Assembly: GCA_963555825.3 (NCBI GenBank)
Contig: CAUVXB020000001.1
Coordinates: 2,272,001-2,336,000, forward strand
DNA length: 64,000 bases
Reading direction: 5' to 3'
Origin: Alphaproteobacteria bacterium
GTDB lineage: Bacteria; Pseudomonadota; Alphaproteobacteria; JAAXGF01
Shown: in pieces, positions 20,582 through 30,817 of the stretch
How the letters are laid out: each line of letters begins with the position of its first letter
Numbering within the stretch: position 1 is the stretch's first letter
Program-made: the position numbers and the translations under genes
The notes under the pieces: generated by a model
The model's database searches: none
What the model was told of the DNA's origin: nothing
What the model saw: only the letters and a program-made list of their open reading frames with translations

Positions 20582-21625
20582 ATGCGTCTCGACAAGCTGA
20601 TCACCGTCGTCTACGTCCACGCCGAGGGCGAGGTCGGTCGCGTCATCACCGGCGGCGTACTCGACCCGCCAGGCGCGACGGTGGCCGAGAAGCAGCGCCA
20701 TCTGGAGGCCGAAAATGACGCGCTTCGCCGTTTGCTGCTGTTCGAGCCGCGCGGCGGCGCGGCGATGTCGGCTAACCTGATCGTAGCACCCTGCGACCCG
20801 TCCGCCGATGCTGGCCTGATCATCATGGAATCAGCCGATTACCCGCCGATGTCGGGTTCCAACGCGATATGCACGGTGACCGCGCTGCTCGAGACCGGCA
20901 TGCTGGCAATGCGCGAGCCCGAGACGCGCGTCGTGCTTGACACGCCGGCCGGCCTGGTGACCGCGATCGCCGAGTGTCGGGACGGCAAATGCGTGCGCGT
21001 GTCGCTCGAAAGCGTGCCCTGCTTCGTCGACCGCCTCGACGCGCCGATCGAGGTTCCGGGCCTCGGCACGGTGACCGCCGATATCGCCTATGGCGGCGCC
21101 TTCTTCGCCATCGTCGACGCCGCCGCGCTCGGCTTCGATCTGGTGCCGGCGGAAGCGCGCGCGCTGGTCGAGCTGGGTCAGCGCATCACCGGCGCGGCCG
21201 CCGAGCAGACGCCGGTCACACACCCCGACCACCCCGACATTGGCACCGTCACCTTCACGCTGTTCGGCGGCCCACCGCGCGGGCCCGACGAGGTGCGCAA
21301 GAGCGCCGTGGTCATCGCCCCCGGCCGGCTCGACCGCTCACCCTGCGGCACCGGCACGATGGCGCGGCTCGCCGTGCTGTACGCGCGCGGCGAGCTCGGC
21401 ATTGGCGACGCGTTGACCCATGAATCACTGATCGGCACGCGTTTCGTCGCGCGCATCGCCGACACCACGATGGTCGGCGGCCGCTCCGCGATCGTACCGC
21501 AGCTGACCGGTCGCGCCTGGATCACCGGAACCGGCCAGTACGGCCTCGACCCGAGCGACCCGTTTCCCGAGGGCTTCGTGCTCGCCGACACCTGGGGCAT
21601 CGACGCGGACAGCCTAAGCGAATGA
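20582..21625 (+). CDS. Proline racemase / hydroxyproline epimerase-dehydratase family protein
   Basis: HAEGE, EPRG, MSGSN, DRSPCGTG. Confidence 0.9.
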   Translation: MRLDKLITVVYVHAEGEVGRVITGGVLDPPGATVAEKQRHLEAENDALRRLLLFEPRGGAAMSANLIVAPCDPSADAGLIIMESADYPPMSGSNAICTVTALLETGMLAMREPETRVVLDTPAGLVTAIAECRDGKCVRVSLESVPCFVDRLDAPIEVPGLGTVTADIAYGGAFFAIVDAAALGFDLVPAEARALVELGQRITGAAAEQTPVTHPDHPDIGTVTFTLFGGPPRGPDEVRKSAVVIAPGRLDRSPCGTGTMARLAVLYARGELGIGDALTHESLIGTRFVARIADTTMVGGRSAIVPQLTGRAWITGTGQYGLDPSDPFPEGFVLADTWGIDADSLSE

Positions 21626-22239
21626 GCCACAACACCTGGATTCACCGCCTCGTGCGCGTCGCCGTGCGCCCGCTGGTGGCGACGCCGGTGACACCCAACC
21701 ACCTGACCATGCTGCGCCTGGCGAGCGGGCTCGCCGCGACCGCCGCCTTCGCCGTCGGCGACGAGACCTGGCGGGCCTGGGGCGCGGCGGTCTTCGTCGT
21801 CTCGGTCCTGCTCGACCGCGCCGACGGCGAGCTGGCGCGGCTCGGCGACAAGACCAGCGCATTGGGCCATAAATTCGACCTGGTCGCCGACGCGCTGTGC
21901 AATTCGCTGGTCTTTGCCGGGCTCGGCCTGGGCTTGCGCGACGGCGCGTTCGGCCTCTGGGCGGTGGCCATGGGGGTCACCGCGGGCCTCGCCATCGCCG
22001 CCGTTCTGTCGTTGGTTCTGCGCCTCGAGGCGCTCGAGGGCGCGCGCGCCGGCGAGCTGCCGTCGGCCGCCGGATTCGACGCCGACGATGCAATCCTCGC
22101 CGTCCCGGTGCTGGTCTGGCTCGGTTGGGCGGAAGGCCTGCTCGCCGCCGCGACGGTCGGCGCGCCGACCTTCGCCCTGTTGCTCTACGCCAAGTTCCGC
22201 CGCCGCCTGCGCCAGGGCGGCGCGCGGGACGCGGACTGA
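21622..22239 (+). CDS. CDP-alcohol phosphatidyltransferase family protein
   Basis: TPNHLT, DRADGELAR...G..FDLVAD signature. Confidence 0.88.
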   Translation: MSHNTWIHRLVRVAVRPLVATPVTPNHLTMLRLASGLAATAAFAVGDETWRAWGAAVFVVSVLLDRADGELARLGDKTSALGHKFDLVADALCNSLVFAGLGLGLRDGAFGLWAVAMGVTAGLAIAAVLSLVLRLEALEGARAGELPSAAGFDADDAILAVPVLVWLGWAEGLLAAATVGAPTFALLLYAKFRRRLRQGGARDAD

Positions 22240-22413
22240 TACCAAGGTTCAAGGAAAGCCCAGCCCAGCCGCATCGCGAGGCGTCGCAAAATTTCGTTCG
22301 TCGAGCGCAGGAGCCAACGCAGGCAACTTTTCGCCGGGTAACGAACATTGGCCCTTGCAGTGCACGCCGTCTCGGTCAATGTTTGCCGGCGACGATTTTT
22401 GGGGGCATCGGCC

Positions 22414-23667
22414 ATGGGCCGCTACTCGGTTTTTTCGCTCATCCGTCACGGGTTAAGCGGCCACAAGCACTGGCCGAAGGTGTGGCGTGACCCTGAGCCC
22501 AAGCCCGAATACGACGCCATCATCATCGGCGGCGGCGGCCACGGTTTGGCGACGGCGTATTATCTCGCGAAAGAGCACGGCATCACCAACGTCGCGGTGC
22601 TCGAGAAGGGCTATCTCGGTGGCGGCAACGTCGGGCGCAACACGACCATCGTGCGCTCAAACTACATGCTGCCCGAGAACGCCCACTTCTACGAGTGGAG
22701 CCTGAAGCTGTGGGAGGGGCTGAGCCGCGAGCTCAATTTCAACGTCATGTTCAGCCAGCGCGGCGTCGTCAACCTGGCACACTCGGAACCGCAGATGGAG
22801 GCCGCGGCACGGCGCGGCAACGCCATGCGGCTCAACGGCGTCGATGCCGAGCTGCTGAACCGCGAGCAGGTCCAGGCGATGATCCCTCACCTCGACTACG
22901 AGAACGAGCGCTTTCCGATATACGGCGCGTTGGTGCAGCCGCGCGGCGGCACCGCGCGCCACGACGCGGTGGCCTGGGGCTACGCCCGCGGCGCCGATGC
23001 GCGCGGCGTCGACCTGCTGCAGAACTGCGAGGTCACCGGCTTCCTGCGCGACGGCGAGCGCGTCATCGGCGTCGAGACCACGCGCGGCACGATCCGCGCC
23101 GCCAAGGTCGCCATGGCGGTCGCCGGCCATACCGGCCAGCTGGCCGCCAAGCTGGGCCTTCGGCTGCCGATCGAGACGCATATCCTGCAGGCCTTCGTCA
23201 CCGAGGGGATCAAGCCGTTCATCGACACCGTGGTGACGTACGGCGCCGGCCACTTCTATCTCAGCCAGTCGGACAAGGGCGGCCTGGTCTTCGGCGGCGA
23301 CCTCGACGGCTACAACTCCTACGCCCAGCGCGGCAACCTGCCGCTGGTGGACGAGGTCATCTCGGCCGGCGTCGCCATGATGCCGGCGATCGCGCGGGTG
23401 CGCGTGCTGCGCAGCTGGGGCGGCGTCATGGACATGTCGATGGACGGCAGCCCGATCATCTGCACAGGCCCGCTGCCCGGCCTCTATCTCAACTGCGGCT
23501 GGTGCTACGGCGGCTTCAAGGCGACGCCGGCGTCGGGCTGGTGCTTCGCCCAGACCATCGCCCAGGACCAACCGCACGCTCTTAACGCGGGCTTTACCCT
23601 CGAGCGCTTCGCGCAGGGCCGGGCGATCGACGAGAAGGGCGCCGGTCCCGTGCCGGGTCACCACTGA
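22414..23667 (+). CDS. soxB: Heterotetrameric sarcosine oxidase / N-methylglutamate dehydrogenase beta subunit
   Basis: GGGGHGLATAYYLAKEHG, GRNTTIVRSNY, TARHDAVAWG, GGFKATP. Confidence 0.93.
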   Translation: MGRYSVFSLIRHGLSGHKHWPKVWRDPEPKPEYDAIIIGGGGHGLATAYYLAKEHGITNVAVLEKGYLGGGNVGRNTTIVRSNYMLPENAHFYEWSLKLWEGLSRELNFNVMFSQRGVVNLAHSEPQMEAAARRGNAMRLNGVDAELLNREQVQAMIPHLDYENERFPIYGALVQPRGGTARHDAVAWGYARGADARGVDLLQNCEVTGFLRDGERVIGVETTRGTIRAAKVAMAVAGHTGQLAAKLGLRLPIETHILQAFVTEGIKPFIDTVVTYGAGHFYLSQSDKGGLVFGGDLDGYNSYAQRGNLPLVDEVISAGVAMMPAIARVRVLRSWGGVMDMSMDGSPIICTGPLPGLYLNCGWCYGGFKATPASGWCFAQTIAQDQPHALNAGFTLERFAQGRAIDEKGAGPVPGHH

Positions 23668-23680
23668 CGGCGGTGGCGCG

Positions 23681-23962
23681 ATGATCCGGATAGACTGCCC
23701 CTGGTGCGGCATGCGCGACCACAGCGAGTTCACCTACGGTGGCGACGGCACGCTGACGCGGCCCGATCCCGAGTCCGCGACGCTCGACGACTGGAACGAC
23801 TACGTCTACCTGCGCGACAATCCGCGTGGCCGCCATACCGAGTTGTGGCACCACACCCAGGGCTGCCGCCAGTGGCTGAGCGTGGTGCGTGACACCCTGA
23901 CCCACGACGTCTTCGAGGTCGCCACGGCGCGTCCCAACAGTGGCGGCGAGGCGTCATCGTGA
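23681..23962 (+). CDS. soxD: Sarcosine oxidase-type delta subunit
   Basis: CPWCG..R...EF, WHHTQGCRQW. Confidence 0.93.
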   Translation: MIRIDCPWCGMRDHSEFTYGGDGTLTRPDPESATLDDWNDYVYLRDNPRGRHTELWHHTQGCRQWLSVVRDTLTHDVFEVATARPNSGGEASS

Positions 23963-26900
23963 GCAGCCAGCCGTATCGTCTGGCCACCGGCGGCGCGATC
24001 GACCGCGACCGGCCGCTCGGTTTCAGCTTCGACGGCAAACCCTACCAGGGCTACGCCGGCGACACGCTGGCCTCGGCGCTGCTCGCCAACGGCGTGCGGC
24101 TGGTCGGGCGCAGCTTCAAGTACCACCGACCGCGCGGCATCTCCAGCGCCGGGCCCGAGGAGCCGAACGCGCTGGTCGTCATGCGCGACGGCGCCCGGGC
24201 CGAACCCAACATCGCGACGACCATGGCCGAGCTCTACGACGGGCTGGTCGCGACCAGCCAGAACCGCTGGCCCTCGCTCGCCTTCGACCTGTGGTCGCTG
24301 AACAGCCTGTTGGGGCCGTTCATCCCGGTCGGCTTCTATTACAAGACGTTCATGTGGCCGGGCGCGAAGGGCTGGTTGTTCTACGAGAAGTTCATCCGCC
24401 GCGGCGGCGGCCTGGGCACCGCCTCGCGCCAGGCCGACCCCGACCGCTATGACACGGTCCACGCCTTCTGCGACGTGCTGGTGGTCGGCGCCGGCCCGGC
24501 CGGGCTTGCCGCCGCGCGCTCCGCCGGCGATGCCGGCTGTCGCGTCATGTTGGTCGACGAACGCACCACCCTGGGCGGCGCGCTGCGCTTCGAGGGTGAG
24601 ACCATCGACGGTGCCGCGGCCGGCGATTGGGCCGATGACCAGATCGTCGGCCTGGCGGCGCAAGCCGACGTCACGCTGCTGCCGCGCACCACGGCGTTCG
24701 GCTATTACGACGGCAACACCGTCGGCCTGCTGGAACGGGCCAACGACCACCTGCCGAAGCCGCCCGAGTTCGCGGCGCGGCAGCGGCTGTGGATCGTGCG
24801 CGCCCGGCAAGTCGTGCTGGCGACCGGCGCCATCGAACGGCCCCTGGTGTTCGGCAACAACGACAAGCCGGGCGTCATGTTGGCCTCGGCGGCGCAGCGC
24901 TACGCCAACCAGTACGCGGTCAAGGCGGGCGAGCGGGCGGTCGTCGGCACCAACAACGACAGCGCTTATGCCGCCGCCCTCGACCTCCACGCCGCAGGCA
25001 TCGCCGTCGCCGCCATCGCCGACGCTCGATCAGCGCCGCCGGCGGCGCTGATCGAGCGCGCACGCGCGGCCGGCATCGAGGTGCTGGTCGGCCAGGTCGT
25101 CAGCCGCGTCAACGGCCGACGCCACGTGACCTCGGCCGAGATCGGCGTGCTCGACGATGCCGGCACCGCGATCAGCGGCGGTCTGCGGCGCATTGCCTGC
25201 GACCTGGTCTGCGTCTCGGGCGGCTGGCAGCCCAGCGTTCACCTGCACAGCCAGTCGGGTTCCAGGCCGGTGTACGACGAGGCGTTGACCGCCTTCGTGC
25301 CGGGCGAACCGCGCCAGGCCCAACTCAGCGCCGGCGCCTGCACCGGCCGCGCCGACCTTGCCGATTGTATCGCCGAGGGATCGCAAGCCGGCGCACAAGC
25401 AGCGGCGGCCTGCGGCTTCGACGTGGCGGTGCCGCCGGCGCCGGCCGCCGGACCGAACGACGGCGCGCCGCTCAGGCCGCTGTGGGAAGTGCCCGAGCCC
25501 GCCGGCCATCATGGCAAGAAATTCATCGACCCGCAGAACGACGTCACCGCCGACGACGTCGTGCTGGCCCATCGCGAGGGCTACGCCTCGGTCGAACACC
25601 TCAAGCGATACACCGCGCTGGGCATGGGCACCGAACAGGGCAAGACCGGCAACGTCAACGGGCTTGCCATTATGGCCCGCGAGCGTGGCCTGACGATCCC
25701 GCAAGTCGGCACCACCACGTTCCGGCCGCCCTACACGCCGGTCGCCATCGGCGCCTTCGCCGGGCGCGCGGTGGGCAAGCATTTTCGGCCGACGCGGCTG
25801 ACGCCGATTCATGACTGGCACCTGCGTCACGGTGCGGTGATGGTCGAGACCGGCGCCTGGCTCAGGCCGCGCTACTACCCGCAAGGCAACGAAACGATCC
25901 GCGAGGCCTACATCCGCGAGGCCACCCATGTGCGCGAAAAGGTCGGCATGGTCGACGTCACGACGCTGGGCAAGATCGACGTACAGGGCCCCGACGCCGC
26001 CGAGTTCCTCAACCGGGTCTACTGCAACGGCTGGAAGACGCTGCCGATCGGCAAGGCGCGTTTTGGCCTGATGCTGCGCGAGGACGGCATCGTGCTCGAC
26101 GACGGTACGACCTCGCGTGTCGGCGAGCACCAGTACTACATGACCACGACCACCGCCAATGCGGCCGGGGTGATGACCCACCTGGAGTATTACCTCCAGG
26201 TGGTGTGGCCCGAACTCAAGGTTCACGTCACCTCGATCTCCGAGCAATGGGCGCAGATCGCCGTCGCCGGGCCGCGCGCGCGCGCCGTGCTCGAGGCGGC
26301 GATCGACGGCATCAATCTTTCCAACGAGGGGCTGCCGTTCATGGGCGTCGCCGACGGCTGGCTCAAGAGTGGCATCCCGGCGCGCGTTTTCCGCATCAGC
26401 TTCTCGGGCGAGCTGGCCTACGAGATCGGCGTGCCGGCGGGCCACGGCGAGGCCGCCTGGCAGCAAATCTACGACGCCGGCCAGGATATGGAGATCATCG
26501 CGTACGGTCTCGAGGCGCTGGGTGCGATGCGCATCGAGAAGGGCCACGTCGCCGGGCCCGAGTTCGACGGCCGCACCACGCTGGAGGACCTCGGTCTCGG
26601 CCGCATGGCCAGCACCAAGAAGCATTTCATCGGCCGCGCCATGCTTGGCCGCGAGGGCCTGTTCGACCCGGCGCGGCCTAAACTGGTCGGTCTCGAATCG
26701 GTGAGCGGCGTCCCGTTGCGCGGCGGCTCGCAGATCGTCGAACAGGCCAAGCCGAACGGTGCCGGGAAAATGCCGATGCTCGGCCACGTCACTTCGACGA
26801 CGTACAGCCCGGTGCTCGGCAAGAACATCGCGCTGGCCCTGGTACAGGGCGGCCTGGAGCGCGAGGGGCAGATGCTCTATGCGGCGCATCCGCTGCGCGG

Positions 26901-26970
26901 CGAGCACACACCGGTGCGCGTCGTCCAGCCCGTGTTCTTCGATCCTGAAGGGGAGCGGGTCCGTGGCTGA
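23959..26970 (+). CDS. soxA: Sarcosine oxidase-type alpha subunit
   Basis: GDTLASALLANG, RSFKYHRPRG, EHLKRYT, TTFRPPY, C-terminal GcvT-like folate domain. Confidence 0.93.
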   Translation: MSSQPYRLATGGAIDRDRPLGFSFDGKPYQGYAGDTLASALLANGVRLVGRSFKYHRPRGISSAGPEEPNALVVMRDGARAEPNIATTMAELYDGLVATSQNRWPSLAFDLWSLNSLLGPFIPVGFYYKTFMWPGAKGWLFYEKFIRRGGGLGTASRQADPDRYDTVHAFCDVLVVGAGPAGLAAARSAGDAGCRVMLVDERTTLGGALRFEGETIDGAAAGDWADDQIVGLAAQADVTLLPRTTAFGYYDGNTVGLLERANDHLPKPPEFAARQRLWIVRARQVVLATGAIERPLVFGNNDKPGVMLASAAQRYANQYAVKAGERAVVGTNNDSAYAAALDLHAAGIAVAAIADARSAPPAALIERARAAGIEVLVGQVVSRVNGRRHVTSAEIGVLDDAGTAISGGLRRIACDLVCVSGGWQPSVHLHSQSGSRPVYDEALTAFVPGEPRQAQLSAGACTGRADLADCIAEGSQAGAQAAAACGFDVAVPPAPAAGPNDGAPLRPLWEVPEPAGHHGKKFIDPQNDVTADDVVLAHREGYASVEHLKRYTALGMGTEQGKTGNVNGLAIMARERGLTIPQVGTTTFRPPYTPVAIGAFAGRAVGKHFRPTRLTPIHDWHLRHGAVMVETGAWLRPRYYPQGNETIREAYIREATHVREKVGMVDVTTLGKIDVQGPDAAEFLNRVYCNGWKTLPIGKARFGLMLREDGIVLDDGTTSRVGEHQYYMTTTTANAAGVMTHLEYYLQVVWPELKVHVTSISEQWAQIAVAGPRARAVLEAAIDGINLSNEGLPFMGVADGWLKSGIPARVFRISFSGELAYEIGVPAGHGEAAWQQIYDAGQDMEIIAYGLEALGAMRIEKGHVAGPEFDGRTTLEDLGLGRMASTKKHFIGRAMLGREGLFDPARPKLVGLESVSGVPLRGGSQIVEQAKPNGAGKMPMLGHVTSTTYSPVLGKNIALALVQGGLEREGQMLYAAHPLRGEHTPVRVVQPVFFDPEGERVRG

Positions 26971-27559
26971 ACGCGAATCCGCCCTGGCCGGCCACTACCA
27001 GCCCGGCGTCCACGGCGCCGGCGATGGCAGTGCCGTCGCCATCCAGGAGCTGTGCGGTCTCGACCTCGTCCAAGTCGCCGCCTGGCCGGACGCCGCCGGC
27101 CACGTCGCCGCCACAATCACCGCGCGCACCGGGTGCGCCGTGCCCGAGGGCAACGGCGGCTCGACCGCCGCCGGCGATCTGCGCGTCTTGTGGAACGGGC
27201 CCGACCGCTGGTGGATCGTCTGCCCGATCGGCGGCCCGGCGCTGAGCCTCTTGGACGCCTTCGACGCGGACCAGGCCGCCGTCAGCGACCTCAGCCAGAG
27301 CCGCACAGTCCTGCGGCTTGGCGGGCCGACGTCCCGCGCCGTCTTGGCCAAGGGCCTGCCGATCGACCTTCACCGCCGCGCGTTCGCCGCCGGCCGCGTC
27401 GCCCAGAGCGCCATCCACCACACCGGCGTCCTGGTGCATCGTATCGACGACGGTGACAGCTTCGACCTTTATGTCTTCCGCGGCTTCGGCCTCGCCTTCT
27501 GGGAATGGCTCACCGACGCGGCGGCCGAACATGGCTACACCGTCGCCGAACGAGGCTGA
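26963..27559 (+). CDS. soxG: Sarcosine oxidase-type gamma subunit
   Basis: GPDRWW, VSDLSQSR, LAKGLPIDL, FWEWLTDAA; GTG start overlaps the soxA end. Confidence 0.88.
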   Translation: MAERESALAGHYQPGVHGAGDGSAVAIQELCGLDLVQVAAWPDAAGHVAATITARTGCAVPEGNGGSTAAGDLRVLWNGPDRWWIVCPIGGPALSLLDAFDADQAAVSDLSQSRTVLRLGGPTSRAVLAKGLPIDLHRRAFAAGRVAQSAIHHTGVLVHRIDDGDSFDLYVFRGFGLAFWEWLTDAAAEHGYTVAERG

Positions 27560-27652
27560 CCGGGCCCAATCACGTGCGGCGGGAGCGACTGGGCTTGGCA
27601 TCTGTGCGGTGATCGGACATTGTCGTAGGATCGGCAAGGCAAGGCGGTTGGC

Positions 27653-30004
27653 ATGAGCATCGAGCAACACGCGCTCTCCAAGCTGCTCGAACCCGGGTTG
27701 GCTCCATTCGTGCCCGGCCTCGAGCGTCACCGCGCGCTGGGCGGCGGCGTCTGCGTCGTTTCGCTGGCGCCGGGCGACACAGTCGCGCTGACCGACCTCG
27801 AAGGCGGCCAGCGCTGTGAGGTCGTCGTGCTGGGCGTTGACGGCGGCGAGGATTTCGGCGCGCTGGGCCTCGCCGCGGGCGAACCGGCGCGCGGGCTCGC
27901 CGCGCTGGTCGGCGACGGCGGTGGCGATGGCCGGATGGTCGCCCAGGCGCTTGCGGCGGCCGGGCTCGAGCCCGGCGCGGTCAACGCGTCGGTGTTGTTC
28001 GGCGACGGCACGCCGGCCGGCGAGACCGTCTCGTTGACCGCCGATCGGGCCGCGCTGTGCATCGTCGGCGCGCCGGGAGGGCCGATGCGGGTCGACCAAC
28101 AGGACCCGCCGACCGCGATCCGGATCACGGTGCAACGTGCGACAGTCGATGCCATGATCGGGCGACCGCTGCCGCCGCCGCTGGCCGATGCGCGCCTCGA
28201 CAGCCGGATCCACAAGGCGACCGCCCAGGCTTACGAGGTCAAGGCCGGCGAGTTCGTCCAGGTAATCGACGTCGACGGTCGAGAGTGTTCCGACTTTCAG
28301 GTGTTTCACCTGGGCGATCTCGAGCGCGGCATCGAACGTGAACTCGACGCCACGACGACGCGCTACATCATGGGCGCGCTCTATCCGGGGCCCGGCCTCT
28401 TCTCGAAATTCTACGACGCCGCCCAGCGCCCGCTGGTCGAGGTCATCCGCGACACCTGCGGCCGGCACGACACATTCGGCCTCGCCTGCACCGCCAAGTA
28501 CTACGACGACATGGGTTATCCGGGCCACGTCAACTGTTCGGACAACTACAACGCGGCGCTGGCGCCTTACGGCATCGCGCCGCGCAAGGGCTGGATGGCG
28601 ATCAACTTCTTCTACAACACGATGGCGGATGCGGCGACCAACGCCATCCACTTCGACGAGCCGTGGTCGCGTCCCGGCGATTACGTGCTGATGCGCGCGC
28701 TGACCGATCTGGTGTGCGTCGCGTCGGCCTGTCCCGACGACATCGACCCGGCCAACGCGTGGAACCCGACCGATATTCATGTCCGGGTCTACACGGCAAA
28801 GAACATCTTCTCCAAAGCGATTGCATACAGAATGACCACTGACGCCGAACCCCAACTGACGCGCGAGACCGCGTTCCACACGCGGACCTCGGCGCTGACC
28901 CGCAACTTCGTCGAATACAACGGCTATTGGCTGGCGACGCGCTTCACCAATCACGGCGCCGTCGCGGAGTACCACGCCTGCCGCGAGGCTGCCGCGGTGA
29001 TGGATCTCTCGCCGCTGCGCAAGTTCGAGGTGCTCGGACCCGACGCCGAGGAACTTCTGCAGCGCACGCTGACGCGCAACGTGCTGAAGATCGCGGTCGG
29101 CCAGGTCTCTTATTCCGCGCTGTGCAACGAGACCGGCGGCATGCTCGACGACGGCACGCTGTTCCGCCTCGGCCAGGACAATTTCCGCTGGATCGGCGGC
29201 TCGGACTACGGCGGCATCTGGCTGCGCGAACAGGCCGCGAAGATGGGTCTCAAGGTCTGGGTCAGGAACTCGACCGACCAGTTGCACAATCTCGCGGTCC
29301 AGGGGCCGAAGAGCCGCGACATCCTCAAACAATTCGTCTGGACGCCGCCGGCCCAGCCGACGCTCGACGAACTCGGCTGGTTCCGCTTCGCGATCGGCCG
29401 CATCGGCGATTACGACGGCATTCCGGTTCTGGTGTCACGGACCGGCTACACCGGCGAGCTGGGCTACGAGATATGGTGCCATCCCAAGGACGCGGTCGCG
29501 CTGTGGGACGCCGTCTGGCAGGCCGGCGCGCCGCATGGCCTGGCACCGATGGGCCTCGACGCGCTCGACATTCTGCGCATCGAGGCGGGGCTCATTTTCG
29601 CCGGTCACGAGTTCGACGACCAGACCGATCCGTTCGAGGCCGGCATCGGCTTCGCCGTCGCGTTGCAGGCGAAGGCCAACGAGGATTACATCGGCAAGGA
29701 GGCGCTGACGCGCCGCAAGGCGCACCCGAGCCGGACACTCGTCGGTCTCGAGCTCGCGGGCAACGAGCCGGCGGCCCATGGCGACCCGGTCCATGTCGGG
29801 CGCAGCCAGGTCGGCGTCGTCACCAGCGCTATGCGCTCGCCGATCCTGCGCAAGAACATCGCGCTCTGCCGCATGGCGGTGGAGCATGCCGCGCTCGGCA
29901 CGGCGGTCGAGGTCGGCAAGCTCGACGGCCACCAAATACGCCTCCCCGCGACCGTCGTGCGCCTGCCCTTCTACGACCCCGAGAAGACGCGTGTGCGCGC
30001 CTGA
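27653..30004 (+). CDS. tdm: DUF1989 + aminomethyltransferase fusion; trimethylamine N-oxide demethylase-like
   Basis: RHDTFGLAC...GHVNCSDN...SACPDDIDPAN Cys cluster followed by a GcvT domain (DLSPLRKFEV, RTGYTGELGYE). Confidence 0.8.
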   Translation: MSIEQHALSKLLEPGLAPFVPGLERHRALGGGVCVVSLAPGDTVALTDLEGGQRCEVVVLGVDGGEDFGALGLAAGEPARGLAALVGDGGGDGRMVAQALAAAGLEPGAVNASVLFGDGTPAGETVSLTADRAALCIVGAPGGPMRVDQQDPPTAIRITVQRATVDAMIGRPLPPPLADARLDSRIHKATAQAYEVKAGEFVQVIDVDGRECSDFQVFHLGDLERGIERELDATTTRYIMGALYPGPGLFSKFYDAAQRPLVEVIRDTCGRHDTFGLACTAKYYDDMGYPGHVNCSDNYNAALAPYGIAPRKGWMAINFFYNTMADAATNAIHFDEPWSRPGDYVLMRALTDLVCVASACPDDIDPANAWNPTDIHVRVYTAKNIFSKAIAYRMTTDAEPQLTRETAFHTRTSALTRNFVEYNGYWLATRFTNHGAVAEYHACREAAAVMDLSPLRKFEVLGPDAEELLQRTLTRNVLKIAVGQVSYSALCNETGGMLDDGTLFRLGQDNFRWIGGSDYGGIWLREQAAKMGLKVWVRNSTDQLHNLAVQGPKSRDILKQFVWTPPAQPTLDELGWFRFAIGRIGDYDGIPVLVSRTGYTGELGYEIWCHPKDAVALWDAVWQAGAPHGLAPMGLDALDILRIEAGLIFAGHEFDDQTDPFEAGIGFAVALQAKANEDYIGKEALTRRKAHPSRTLVGLELAGNEPAAHGDPVHVGRSQVGVVTSAMRSPILRKNIALCRMAVEHAALGTAVEVGKLDGHQIRLPATVVRLPFYDPEKTRVRA

Positions 30005-30119
30005 TCCGAACCATCGATTCTAAAAAATCGCCTCGCGGGTGAAGACGCAGTATTCTTCGCGCCGGGCCATGCGGGAAGGCCCGCCCGAGCGCCGGGAATT
30101 GTCAAAAAAGTAGCCAGAC

Positions 30120-30665
30120 ATGTTGCAAACCATTGCCACTTTCCTCTTTCCCATGGCACTTCTCTACGCCGGCACGCGTGACTTGATGAGTTACGAGATT
30201 CCCAACTGGGTGTCGCTCGCAATGATCGCGGTCTTTCTTGTCGCGGCGTTCGCCGGATCGTTTCGCCTCGCCGACATCGGCTGGCATCTCGCCGCCGGCG
30301 CCGCGGTCCTCGCGGTCGGCTTCATCCTGTTCGCCGCCAAGATTTTCGGCGGCGGAGACGCTAAACTGTTGGCCGCCTGCGCCGTATGGATCGGCTGGAC
30401 GGGTTTGTTTAAGTTTTTCATATTCGTCGCGCTGATTGGCGGTGTATTCGCGCTCGCTCTCATTGTTTTTCGGCGGCTGACCCTGCCCGATTCTTGGACG
30501 AAGAGACGCTGGATTCGGCGGCTTCACGACCGAAAGGGTGGCATTCCCTATGGTGTCGCAATCGGTTTGGGCGGGATTTTGATGGTGCCGGAACTGCCCC
30601 TGTACGCCCATGCGATACGGCCCGTATCCGCTGTTATCCAAGGGATTCAGCCGTTTATGGCATGA
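30120..30665 (+). CDS. cpaA: Flp prepilin peptidase (A24)
   Basis: DLMSYEIPN, GGGDAKL, IPYGVAI. Confidence 0.9.
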   Translation: MLQTIATFLFPMALLYAGTRDLMSYEIPNWVSLAMIAVFLVAAFAGSFRLADIGWHLAAGAAVLAVGFILFAAKIFGGGDAKLLAACAVWIGWTGLFKFFIFVALIGGVFALALIVFRRLTLPDSWTKRRWIRRLHDRKGGIPYGVAIGLGGILMVPELPLYAHAIRPVSAVIQGIQPFMA

Positions 30666-30817
30666 TGTTGATTAATTCACTAGATGCTTCGCTTACGTCT
30701 CCTTAGCGATTGAATCGGTTGACGTTTCGGTATGTCGCACGCATAATCGCCACGGCTGGGGGGCGTAGTGCGGCCAAAGTGTGGCACGCATCGCTCGATT
30801 TTTGATTAGGGTTCAGC

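Noticed and set aside
22349-22364. Sigma-54-like GG-N10-GC upstream of soxB
   Set aside because: Only a partial match to TGGCACG-N4-TTGC in GC-rich DNA; insufficient support
25030-29332. Long antisense ORFs (e.g. 25030-26907, 26789-29332; also 603-1811, 18955-20604, 53952-55946, 56499-58952)
   Set aside because: Shadow ORFs opposite well-supported genes, expected from high-GC codon bias; no recognisable motifs
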